From a bacterium (GTDB taxonomy: Bacteria > Krumholzibacteriota > Krumholzibacteriia > Krumholzibacteriales > Krumholzibacteriaceae): a DNA stretch of 64,000 nt. A program made the translations under genes and the position numbers. Every line of letters begins with the position of its first letter. Within the stretch, counting starts at the first letter, position 1. Location of the stretch: NCBI GenBank assembly GCA_020350885.1, contig CP070727.1, forward strand, positions 3,664,017 through 3,728,016. Reading direction: 5' to 3'. Below are positions 1-9,236 of the stretch, one piece after another. The notes beneath the pieces are model-generated. The model had not been told where the DNA came from. It was given only the letters and a program-made list of their open reading frames with translations, and did not search any database.

Positions 1-1306
1 GCTGTGGCCGCTCAAGCTTCTGCGCGCTCTCTTCGGTGACGTCCGGGGGTCGCAGGAGATCGCACGCATGTTGGGCGAGACGGAATTCAACGGTGTCAGG
101 GTGATCCTCTTCCTCAAACCGCCCTGGACGTGGCTCATGAACCTTCATGACAAGTTCATAACCATCACAGCGATGAACGTTACCTTCAACCTCTTTCTCC
201 TCTGCTTCATTATCGTCGTGGCAAAGGCACTCACGGACAGGATCGAAATCAGGGCAGGCGTCATGCTTTTCTTTGTCACCCTCGGCGCAATGCTCTTCCA
301 TGTGGTAACAGGCATGGCGCTCGTACTGACGGTCATCGGTGCAAGCATGCTCCTGATCATATGGAGACGGATACAGAAGGCGCAGCTCCCGCCGGTCTTT
401 CAGTCGCTCGTTGTCCCCGGTTTTGCCTTGCTGGCACTGATCGCCGGACTCCCATACTTCCTCTCTCTCGCAGGAGGAGGCGGAGGTGGAAGCTTCATCC
501 GGGAACATGTGCATTTCGGCTACATCAATATCTTCACGATACTGGCCCCTCTCCTCGTTCTTTTTCCCTTCGTCCGCGCGGTCCTAAGAAAAGTCATGAG
601 ATGTGAGACGATCCACTTCGAAATCCTCGGCATGTGGCTCGTGTGCCTCCTGGTGATTGCCGTCTTCCTCGATTTACCGGGTCTCGGTGAAAACAAGGTT
701 ATCTTTCCCATCTTCATGCTCCTTTTCCCATTCATAACTTGGCGGATCGTCGAAATGTTACGCACACTCAGTGGCGTGAGGCGAACGATTCTACATATAT
801 GGCTGGCCGTACTCTTTGCAGTGCCTCCTTTCCTTGTTTTCCGGGGATTCATCCTCGAGCGGCCGAAAACAGCGCACTTCGCCAAACGACAACGTATCAC
901 GGACGAAGAGCGCGACATCTACGAGTGGATCCGCCGGAACACGGCGATCGATGCGGTGATCATAGAACGGAACTACTATCATCTGATGCCCGTCTACGCA
1001 CGGAGAAAGAACTTCGTACTCAATCCGACGATGATAGGGGTACATAACTACACGGGCGAGAATATCGATCGATACGTAGCCGTGCGCAACGAGCTCTTCT
1101 CGGACGAGCCGATCAGCGCGGAGACGATCCGATTCCTCAGGCGAAAAGAGATGGGCTTCTATGTCGTCATCTGGCGGGAGGATCTCGAGCAGGACCCGGA
1201 TCTCGATCTCCGGTTCCGGTCGCATCCGAACTGGTTTGAAATACAGTACGAAAATTCCGCCGGTACGGTCTATTACGTGAACCATGATAACGGCCTTAAA
1301 CAATAG
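1..1306 (+). CDS. Polytopic membrane protein with C-terminal soluble domain (GT-C/surface-glycan-related?), 5' truncated by window edge
   Basis: Frame is open from position 2; many hydrophobic helices, then a soluble tail with YEWIRRNT..DAVI. Confidence 0.6.
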   Translation, partial: LWPLKLLRALFGDVRGSQEIARMLGETEFNGVRVILFLKPPWTWLMNLHDKFITITAMNVTFNLFLLCFIIVVAKALTDRIEIRAGVMLFFVTLGAMLFHVVTGMALVLTVIGASMLLIIWRRIQKAQLPPVFQSLVVPGFALLALIAGLPYFLSLAGGGGGGSFIREHVHFGYINIFTILAPLLVLFPFVRAVLRKVMRCETIHFEILGMWLVCLLVIAVFLDLPGLGENKVIFPIFMLLFPFITWRIVEMLRTLSGVRRTILHIWLAVLFAVPPFLVFRGFILERPKTAHFAKRQRITDEERDIYEWIRRNTAIDAVIIERNYYHLMPVYARRKNFVLNPTMIGVHNYTGENIDRYVAVRNELFSDEPISAETIRFLRRKEMGFYVVIWREDLEQDPDLDLRFRSHPNWFEIQYENSAGTVYYVNHDNGLKQ

Positions 1307-1321
1307 GAGGATCGAAGTACG

Positions 1322-2494
1322 ATGATTCGAGAGAAGATAGAGCAGGCCAAGGGCATTCTCAAGGAAGAAGGTATCGATCTCTGGGTAACATTTGTGAGGG
1401 AGAGCGAGGTCGTGGGAGATCCGGCTCTGGATCTCATCCTCGGAGCGAACTGCACCTGGCAGTCCGCATTCATGATCCCCGCCGAAGGAGAGGCTACAGC
1501 CATCGTCGGAAGCCTCGACGTATCCCGCATTAGAGAGACGGGCGGCTTCGAGGTCGTGGGCTACACCACCTCCATCAAGGAATCGCTTCTCGAGCATCTC
1601 GACCGCCTGAAACCCGGTAAGATCGCCATCAATTACTCCGAAAACGACTGCATGGCCGACGGTCTCTCGCACGGCATGTACCGGTTGCTTACGGGTTACC
1701 TCGAAGGCACGCCGTATCGGGAGGGGCTCGTGAGCTCCGAGAGTGTCATCTCCAAACTCAGAGGCCGGAAGAGCGCCGAGGAGATACGACGGATCACGGC
1801 GGCAGTGGAGCTAACGGAAGAGATCTTCTCCCGGGTCTCCACATTCATGAGACCGGGAATGACCGAAAAGGAGGTCGCCGCATTCATCCTCAAGGAGGTG
1901 GACAAGGAGGGTGTCGAGACCTCGTGGGAGCGTGCCCTCTGCCCGTCGGTCTTCACGGGGCCCGAATCGGCGGGCGCCCATGCGGGTCCGACGGACCGAA
2001 AGATCGAACGGGGGCACGTACTCAATATAGACTTCGGCGTTCGAGTGAACGGCTACTGCTCGGATCTCCAGAGGACCTGGTACTTCCTTCGTGAAGGCGA
2101 AACCACGGCACCGGACGACGTGTTACGGCCTTTCGAGACCATCAGGGAGGCTATCGCGCTGGCGGCCGAGCGGATACGCCCTGGTATGGAGGGTCGCGCA
2201 ATTGATGCACTCGCACGTAACTACATAACCGACAAGGGATACGACGAATATCCGCACGCGCTCGGGCACCAGGTCGGCCGCAGCACGCATGACGGTGCGG
2301 GCCTGCTCTGCCCCGAATGGGAGCGCTACGGCAATCTCCCGTATCTTGCAATCGAGGAAAACCAGGTATACACCATAGAGCCTCGTATCAATATTCCCGG
2401 CTTTGGTATCGCTACGATGGAAGAGATCATCGTCGTCCGCCCGGATGGCGGTGAATTCCTCTCACATCCGCAGCGGGAGCTCTTCCTGATATAG
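1322..2494 (+). CDS. Xaa-Pro aminopeptidase, M24 family
   Basis: IDFG..GYCSDLQRT, HALGHQVG..HD, TIEP and EE metal ligands; SD GGAGG upstream. Confidence 0.9.
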   Translation: MIREKIEQAKGILKEEGIDLWVTFVRESEVVGDPALDLILGANCTWQSAFMIPAEGEATAIVGSLDVSRIRETGGFEVVGYTTSIKESLLEHLDRLKPGKIAINYSENDCMADGLSHGMYRLLTGYLEGTPYREGLVSSESVISKLRGRKSAEEIRRITAAVELTEEIFSRVSTFMRPGMTEKEVAAFILKEVDKEGVETSWERALCPSVFTGPESAGAHAGPTDRKIERGHVLNIDFGVRVNGYCSDLQRTWYFLREGETTAPDDVLRPFETIREAIALAAERIRPGMEGRAIDALARNYITDKGYDEYPHALGHQVGRSTHDGAGLLCPEWERYGNLPYLAIEENQVYTIEPRINIPGFGIATMEEIIVVRPDGGEFLSHPQRELFLI

Positions 2495-2552
2495 GATACG
2501 GTGGGAAAATTTCTACTCCCGGGTACCTTTTTTGCTTATACTTACATGTGGT

Positions 2553-4016
2553 ATGAGGGAACTCAAACCTATATTCATGGAACGGGTGGAACCGGGACGG
2601 TGGCCCGTCCTGCGGTCGCTTTTCGATCGTATCCGGCCGATCTTCTTTACCCTGGCGGTGGGGCTCATCGCCGGCTGGCAGATCTACAACCCTTCCAAGC
2701 GTGTCATCGAGGCGATCGTCGGACTCGTGCTCGTGTTCCTGCTCTGGCAGTACTCGACCCTCAGCGCCCTTTGGATGCTCCTGCTTATATACCCCTTCCC
2801 GTTCGCCATTGCGGTCGGCACCTCGACACTTATATTCACCGTAATCATATTCATTATCTATCTCATCAGGGTTTCGGCGGGTTTGGACAAGATCCATGCA
2901 GCGGGCAGCTTCAACCTTCCAATCATCCTGTTCTCTATCGCACTCATTATATCCTTCTATAACTTCAAGCCATCCCCTTACGCCTCACGCTATGCCTTCT
3001 CACTCGCAACCAACTACTTCGGATCGATCATCCTGTTCCTGATGGTAATCAACTTCATCGACGATGAAGCGAAACTGAGAAAGACGGTAAAAGTGGCGAT
3101 GACCACCCTCGGCCTCATCGTTTTCTTCACACTTTATGAGATGCTCTTTCCCGGCAAAGTGCTCGTTCCCGGCTGGCTCGCCACCCACCACAGGGAACAA
3201 CTCATCATGAAAGGCATACGGTTGGCTGGGCCGTTTCGGGACTTCGAGCTACTCGCCGAGTTCTTCGCAATGAATATACCGATCGTATTCTATATGTTCA
3301 TCCGCTCGAAAAGGCTGGCAACGCGATCACTCTATGCCCTGCTTCTCGTCGGGACACTCTTCATGCTCTTCGCCACAGTCACGCGCGGCGCCTTCATCAG
3401 CCTTACTATAGCAGTCATTTACATGGCATTTCTGTGTAGGAAGGACCTCAGCTTCGTACGGATCGTCTCGATCACCGCAACCATTATTCTCGTCGTCGTG
3501 GTGCTGGAAGGATTCGTTGCCCGGTATACGATATCAGGATCAATGTTTCAACGGCTCTCGCAAACGACCCTCGAACGTGGAGTAATCCCGGATACGCGCA
3601 TACTTTCCTGGGGATACGCCGTGGAGCGTGCGATGGAGCACCCGATTATCGGGCACAGCCCGGGTTGGGACTTCTCGAAGAAGCTCGAACGTGAAATGTA
3701 CCCTCACAGCGGGTACCTCTTCATACTGAATATAACCGGATTTTTCGGACTCCTCTCATTCATCTATCTACTCTTCCGTTTGGTGAAGACATCGATGATA
3801 AGCATCAAGGAATCACTGATACATTCATCATTCCCGGCCGGTCTCCTGAAGATCCTCCATGTATCGCTTACAATCTTCATTATCGATCAGATCAAGATCG
3901 AGTATCTCAGAAACGACATCTACGGATATTTCGTCTTGTTCTTCTTCGGTCTCATCGCCGCAACGAACGTAATCATCCGCAAACAAAAAGGGGAACAGGG
4001 TAGTCCTGTTCCCTAG
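2553..4016 (+). CDS. O-antigen ligase/Wzy_C family membrane protein
   Basis: About 12 TM helices; TRGAF, R..SW...HPIIG.SPG and PHSGYL motifs; start codon uncertain. Confidence 0.75.
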   Translation: MRELKPIFMERVEPGRWPVLRSLFDRIRPIFFTLAVGLIAGWQIYNPSKRVIEAIVGLVLVFLLWQYSTLSALWMLLLIYPFPFAIAVGTSTLIFTVIIFIIYLIRVSAGLDKIHAAGSFNLPIILFSIALIISFYNFKPSPYASRYAFSLATNYFGSIILFLMVINFIDDEAKLRKTVKVAMTTLGLIVFFTLYEMLFPGKVLVPGWLATHHREQLIMKGIRLAGPFRDFELLAEFFAMNIPIVFYMFIRSKRLATRSLYALLLVGTLFMLFATVTRGAFISLTIAVIYMAFLCRKDLSFVRIVSITATIILVVVVLEGFVARYTISGSMFQRLSQTTLERGVIPDTRILSWGYAVERAMEHPIIGHSPGWDFSKKLEREMYPHSGYLFILNITGFFGLLSFIYLLFRLVKTSMISIKESLIHSSFPAGLLKILHVSLTIFIIDQIKIEYLRNDIYGYFVLFFFGLIAATNVIIRKQKGEQGSPVP

Positions 4017-4045
4017 ATTCCACACTGACCGGCATTCCCTTACGA

Positions 4046-4990
4046 TCACTTCACTAGATACCTGCCGCCTTTAATGATCGTTTTAGTGCCGGCCGTGAGT
4101 GTTACCTTGTCCACGAGTGCATCGAAGTGAAACTTGCTCTTGTTCTTGCCGAGACCGTAGCTGTCTCCGATGGCGAAGTGAACGGTTCCGAATGCCTTTT
4201 CCGCCTCGAGCATATTCTTGCAGATCTTGGCCCCCCGGTTCGTACCGATACCGAACTCGCCGATGATCCTGCCCGTTGGATCCTTCCCGATGCCCTTGAG
4301 AATCTCCTTGATACCCTTGCCCTTGAAATCGACGAGTGTTCCCTTCTCGAAGATCATCTCGCCGCGGCCGATCTTGTCGTCGATCAGGCTGAAAACGATA
4401 CGGCCGGTGAAGGTACGCTCCACCGGGCAAGTGTAGCATTCACCGGCTGGAAGATTACCATGCATTCCTTTCTTGCTGATATCCCCGTTATCGTTCTCCC
4501 ATTTCCTTCCCTTCACGCTGAAGGTGATATCGGTGCCGAACCGGTTGGTTACACGAACATCGGGACAATCCTTGATGATCCGGATCACCTTCCGCGTGAG
4601 CCGATCCATGTTCTTGAAGTCGATATTCACGAGCCGTTCCATCATGTCGACAGTGATCCCCGGCATCATACAGATACGTCCATACTTGAATCCGGCCTCG
4701 ACCATGAATCCCCTAAAGGGTTTCTCCTCGATCCGCGCATCGAGCATGTAGACGATCACATTCGCCTTCTTGATCATGTTCTCGAAAAGCGATGTCGGCC
4801 CCGTGATGGGACGGAGCGTCTCCGTCATGAGATAGGTAGTAACCTCGGCCCCGCTCTTCTTCGCCCATAAGGCGAGGGCCTCGGCGATACGCATCTTTTG
4901 GCGATCGGTAACGAGCAGCAGCTTCTCGTTTCTCTTCACCTTGAGCGAGCTGATGATCGCCTTCTTCCCCGCACTGATGAGTTTGTTCAT
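4046..4990 (-). CDS. Aminopeptidase, M29/thermophilic metalloprotease-like
   Basis: GNLPAGE, IGEFGIGTN, EK..GTVHFAIG and HFD motifs; ATG 4990 follows GGAGGGAAGG. Confidence 0.85.
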   Translation of the reverse strand: MNKLISAGKKAIISSLKVKRNEKLLLVTDRQKMRIAEALALWAKKSGAEVTTYLMTETLRPITGPTSLFENMIKKANVIVYMLDARIEEKPFRGFMVEAGFKYGRICMMPGITVDMMERLVNIDFKNMDRLTRKVIRIIKDCPDVRVTNRFGTDITFSVKGRKWENDNGDISKKGMHGNLPAGECYTCPVERTFTGRIVFSLIDDKIGRGEMIFEKGTLVDFKGKGIKEILKGIGKDPTGRIIGEFGIGTNRGAKICKNMLEAEKAFGTVHFAIGDSYGLGKNKSKFHFDALVDKVTLTAGTKTIIKGGRYLVK

Positions 4991-5173
4991 CCGCCTTCCC
5001 TCCTTGATGGATAGAGCTTGATCTGATCCAGTCCTATCGTCGTACCCCCGCATCTGGATATGGGCTACGGGGCAGGGCACAGGATACTCTATGAACGCCG
5101 GTTCGGGCAAGCGCGATGTTGAAAGCCATCCGGCTCTCATTGTAAATACCGGTTGACCCCAGCCGGATCCAAA

Positions 5174-5530
5174 TCACCGCAGAAGCACCATCTTCCTTGT
5201 GAGGGATCGGCCTTCTACCGTGAGGCGCATGAAATACACTCCGCTCATAAGCATCCTGCCGACGGCATCGGTGCCGTTCCAAGTGACCGAGTACTGTCCC
5301 GGTGGCAGAAAATCCCGTAGGACGGTGGTTACCCGGCGGCCTGCGACATCGAATACATCGAGGACCACGCTTCTCTTTCCGTTATACATGTCGACCGCTC
5401 CTCCCACCATGAAGCGGATCGTCGTGGTGGGATTGAAGGGGTTGGGGTAGTTCTGAGCGAGCGCCGTACCGACGGCCGGCGTCCGGGCGGGGGTCAGGTC
5501 GCTCACCGTATGGAAGACGGTGTTGCTCCG
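5174..5530 (-). CDS. FlgD-Ig/T9SS-like C-terminal sorting domain; out-of-frame tail of the upstream M14 gene
   Basis: LAQNYPNPFNP..T.IRF, VFDVAGRRV, WNGTD..G...SGVYF; the frame extends upstream as RSNTVFHTVSDL. Confidence 0.75.
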   Translation of the reverse strand, partial: RSNTVFHTVSDLTPARTPAVGTALAQNYPNPFNPTTTIRFMVGGAVDMYNGKRSVVLDVFDVAGRRVTTVLRDFLPPGQYSVTWNGTDAVGRMLMSGVYFMRLTVEGRSLTRKMVLLR

Positions 5531-7491
5531 AGGCTCTTGTGGCCTTCATCATCGATCGCCCGGACGAGGTAGGCGAATTCACCCGTCTCCTCGGGCCACC
5601 GGTGGTAGACGGTATCGGGGTGCGCCTCAGCCAGCACGGTTCTCTTCTCGTAGGAGGATACCGGGTAGATGAGGTCTACGTAGAATCCCTCGTTGGTGAC
5701 ATAGTCATCGGTGATGTAGCTGAAGCGGAGCAGGATGATGAGGTCGGGCCAGATGATGCCAAGCTGATCGAGGTAGAACTCGGCTGAGATCCAACCACCG
5801 GATAAACCCGTGATCCCGTTACCGCGATTATTCCCGTTTGGGTCGCTGGTGGTCGTCCTATCTCCGGGCACGGTTTGCCATGTCAGGCCCTGATCAATGC
5901 TCGCCTCTAGGTAGGCGTAATCCCAGTCCTGCTCGATATCGTACCACAGATAGCAGGAGAGTGTATCGCCCAAGTTGAACGGGTAGATTGCATCCATGCT
6001 CAGGTAGTGTGAGAGATTATCACCGCTACCCGAGTAGAAGCTGTAGATCCCCGCATACGAGCGTGATGGGGAGAGTGTGAAACCATCCGTCGTCCAGAGG
6101 GTGTCACCGGCCTCGCACGAGTCGACGACACCGGAGAGGTTTTTAAACTCGACGAGCTCCCACGAGACAGCCTGGTTGGGATCGGATGGGCTCGGACCGT
6201 TCCAGGTAAGCTCGTAATTGGGCGGATTCAGCATCACTATATCCTCCAACACCGGCGCATAGGGTCCGAGGACACTGTACGGATTATCCGCCCTCCTGAG
6301 TAGGGTCAGGTTGAGGCCGAGCACCTTGTTGAACGTCGGCAGAATGAGATCATCGGGCGGTCCGAATCCCCCGTCCTCGTAGGTATTCATCTCGATCGTG
6401 AAACAGGGGAAACTGTTCTTTTGTACCGCCTCCCCGTATGCCCAGTCGCCGGTATCCCCGTTCGTAGGATACAGGACATCCATGGCCGTGCAGCCCGGTG
6501 TGTAGTCGTTGCCTCGTCTCAGGGAATCGGCGAGGGTGATGAAGAGCTCATGATCGTCGGTGTAGATCGGTGCGTATCCCCACGGGAAGAGGATCAGCTC
6601 TCCGTACGTGTGGTACGAGAGGGCCAGTGTAAAGGACCGTCCGGCACAGAAGTCCCGCACAGCCTGAGTCTCCGGTTCGCTGAACGGTGCAGTACCCCGG
6701 TAGACTTCGGATGATGGACTCGGTGAGCTCCCGATGTCGTCGTAGCCCCACATGTAGCTATAGTTCCGGTTTGGATCCACACCGAATGAGCCGTCCCCGT
6801 TATCTCGCCGGTTCTTTCTCCACCACTGCCACCACGGGTCGCTGTGATTGTTTTGCACATAGACGTGGCCGTCCGGATTGATCATCGGGGCGATCCAGAT
6901 CTCGCGCCCTTCGACGAGACCGGTGATCTCGGAGCTCGTACCGTAGTTGTCGAGGAGGTACTGAGCGAGCCTGAGCGGAACATCGACCGACATGATCTCC
7001 CGTGCATGGTGGCATCCCATGATGAGTACCTCGGGCTCATCCTCGTCCGTACCGGCGTTATCGGAGATCTTGATCGCCCGTATCAGCCGGCCCTCTATGC
7101 TCGTCCCGAGGGTATCCAATCTCGCCAGCGTGGGATAGGTCGAGACCAATGCGTCGAGAACAACATTCATCTCGTCGTACGTATGGTACAGGCCGAGGTT
7201 CTCGTCGAGCTGGGTGGGGGCAGCGTGCTCGGCGCGTTCGAGGACGGCGACGATCACGCCCTTCGATCGCAACCAGTCGAGCTGCTCGTCCGTCACGGCG
7301 CAGTCCACCCTCCCATCACGGTACAGGGCAAGCACATCGACACCGCCTCGTACAAGCTCACTGTACGTAAGGTTCCTTCCGAGCCTCGTCCGGATCAGGG
7401 CCGATGCCGGACGGTCACCGGCGCGAGGCGATACCGCCAACACCGCCAGCACGAGTGCCGTAGAAACAAAAAGAGAAAACGCTTTCTTCAC
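5503..7491 (-). CDS. Secreted M14 zinc carboxypeptidase (carboxypeptidase T-like) with InhA/MAM-like domain; frameshifted before its CTD
   Basis: Signal peptide; HHARE, NPDG, RKN, NRNY, SYH, GDWAY, TIE motifs; WYDIE.DWDYAY..GNGITG domain. Confidence 0.88.
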   Translation of the reverse strand: MKKAFSLFVSTALVLAVLAVSPRAGDRPASALIRTRLGRNLTYSELVRGGVDVLALYRDGRVDCAVTDEQLDWLRSKGVIVAVLERAEHAAPTQLDENLGLYHTYDEMNVVLDALVSTYPTLARLDTLGTSIEGRLIRAIKISDNAGTDEDEPEVLIMGCHHAREIMSVDVPLRLAQYLLDNYGTSSEITGLVEGREIWIAPMINPDGHVYVQNNHSDPWWQWWRKNRRDNGDGSFGVDPNRNYSYMWGYDDIGSSPSPSSEVYRGTAPFSEPETQAVRDFCAGRSFTLALSYHTYGELILFPWGYAPIYTDDHELFITLADSLRRGNDYTPGCTAMDVLYPTNGDTGDWAYGEAVQKNSFPCFTIEMNTYEDGGFGPPDDLILPTFNKVLGLNLTLLRRADNPYSVLGPYAPVLEDIVMLNPPNYELTWNGPSPSDPNQAVSWELVEFKNLSGVVDSCEAGDTLWTTDGFTLSPSRSYAGIYSFYSGSGDNLSHYLSMDAIYPFNLGDTLSCYLWYDIEQDWDYAYLEASIDQGLTWQTVPGDRTTTSDPNGNNRGNGITGLSGGWISAEFYLDQLGIIWPDLIILLRFSYITDDYVTNEGFYVDLIYPVSSYEKRTVLAEAHPDTVYHRWPEETGEFAYLVRAIDDEGHKSLGATPSSIR

Positions 7492-7599
7492 TGGTCCCTC
7501 CTCGATATTCCTCCGTCGTCACGATAACATTCCATTGAAAATCCCCACAGTTACAATAATGATAACATATTACGGGTATTAAGGAAAGAGATGTCTTCA

Positions 7600-7628
7600 T
7601 TGACATTTATACGGGTTTTCCATATATA
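7600..7628 (+). promoter_or_regulatory. Putative sigma70 promoter, possibly giving a leaderless mRNA
   Basis: TTGACA(7600-7605)-17 nt-TATATA(7623-7628), 7 nt before ATG 7636, in an AT-rich divergent gap. Confidence 0.5.
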
Positions 7629-7635
7629 GAATACA

Positions 7636-9231
7636 ATGAGCAGAAAGACACTTCTCATCGGCCTCGACGGGGCAAGCTTCGATCTCCTGGAACCGTGGAT
7701 CAGGCAGGGGAAGCTGGCCGTTTTCTCATCGATTCTCGAGCGTGGCGTACACGGGATCCTCAAGAGCACGATCCCGTGTCAGACCTGCCCCGCCGTCCCC
7801 TCGCTGTACACGGGGAAGAATCCGGGCAATACGGGACTGTTCTCGTTTCTGGATCCGGACGGCAATCTCGTCACGAGTGCGACCCTCCCCGATAAACCCC
7901 TCTGGGAGATCCTGAACGAACACGGTAAACGGGTTGTCGTTCTGAACCTCCAGACCACCTATCCGGCGGAGAAAATCGATGGGGCCATGGTCTGTCATAC
8001 GAACCATCCCGAGGGCAAGAACGACCTCTGGCACCCCGCCGATCTAGCCCCCCTCCTTTCCGATTTCTACCAGGGTACGGACGATTTCAATCGAGAACAC
8101 GATCTTCTCTATGACGGGGATGAGACGGGGGTTCGGCAAACGTACGAACTCGTGGAAAAGCGGTATGAGATCTTCGAAAGGATCATTGACCGTATCGATC
8201 CGCAATTCGCTGTTTTCTGGATCGCCAAGAGTGATGACGTGCATCACTTTTCATGGCGGCATCCGGATAGGATCCTTGAATTCTATCAACACATGGAAAA
8301 GTTACTGAAACGTATAATCGATACACACGATGATACTGATATATTGATCGTATCGGATCACGGTGTGGCAGACATGCCGGAGCACACATTCGCTATCAAC
8401 GAATGGCTTTCTCGCGAAGGGTACTTCGTCAGACGGACTTCACTTACGACAGCGATCAAATGCAGAATACGGAGCTTTCTCCTGGCACACCTGCCGGTCT
8501 CCATTCTCAACAAACTCGTCGCATTGCGGGAACGGAGGGCACAAAAGAAAGATACTACGACGGTAACAACAGAGAAAGCCGTGCTCGTGGATATGCGAGC
8601 GAAGCTCGTCGATGTCGATTGGAAAACGACACGCGCATACTGTGAAAACGCATGGGGTATCAGGCTCAACAGGAAGATCGTCGATTCCAATTCAAAAGAG
8701 TTCGATACGTTGCGGGACGAAATCATACGACAAATGAAAGAACTTACGATAGACGGAGTCAGAATCTTCAGGGAAGTCCACACGCGTAAAGAGCTCTATC
8801 CCGGAAAGTATGTCGAACAGCTACCCGACATCATCTTTACACTCGGTCCCAAACTAGCCCTCGATCGGCAGGAATACGGCGGGCTTCTCAAGCCGTACAA
8901 GCCAAGGGCCAAATACGGCTACCATACATACGAACGCGACGGCATATTCATCGGAGTGGGTCCCGACTTCAAGAGAAACCACAGAACAGCCCCTATGGAA
9001 ATCTATGATATTCCACCTCTCATACTCTTCCTGAATGACCTGCCTGTACCGAAGGATTTTGACGGATCGGTCCATAAGGAGATCCTCGCGGAGGATTCAG
9101 CCTATGCGGGCAAGGATGTAGAGTATACGGACGCACGGTCCATCCGGAAACGGAAGGTGCGGGATATAACGGAGAGAGAGCGGGAAGAAATGATGGACTC
9201 TCTTCGCGCCCTCGGGTACCTGGACGAGTAA
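7636..9231 (+). CDS. Alkaline phosphatase superfamily protein (phosphodiesterase/COG3379-like)
   Basis: LIGLDGA, ST.P..T.PA..SLYTGKNPG, IVSDHG, GYH motifs; C-terminal LRALGYL. Confidence 0.85.
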   Translation: MSRKTLLIGLDGASFDLLEPWIRQGKLAVFSSILERGVHGILKSTIPCQTCPAVPSLYTGKNPGNTGLFSFLDPDGNLVTSATLPDKPLWEILNEHGKRVVVLNLQTTYPAEKIDGAMVCHTNHPEGKNDLWHPADLAPLLSDFYQGTDDFNREHDLLYDGDETGVRQTYELVEKRYEIFERIIDRIDPQFAVFWIAKSDDVHHFSWRHPDRILEFYQHMEKLLKRIIDTHDDTDILIVSDHGVADMPEHTFAINEWLSREGYFVRRTSLTTAIKCRIRSFLLAHLPVSILNKLVALRERRAQKKDTTTVTTEKAVLVDMRAKLVDVDWKTTRAYCENAWGIRLNRKIVDSNSKEFDTLRDEIIRQMKELTIDGVRIFREVHTRKELYPGKYVEQLPDIIFTLGPKLALDRQEYGGLLKPYKPRAKYGYHTYERDGIFIGVGPDFKRNHRTAPMEIYDIPPLILFLNDLPVPKDFDGSVHKEILAEDSAYAGKDVEYTDARSIRKRKVRDITEREREEMMDSLRALGYLDE

Positions 9232-9236
9232 AGGCG

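Noticed and set aside
473-490. Poly-Gly tract as a phase-variable repeat
   Set aside because: Mixed codons (GGA GGA GGC GGA GGT GGA); not a simple sequence repeat
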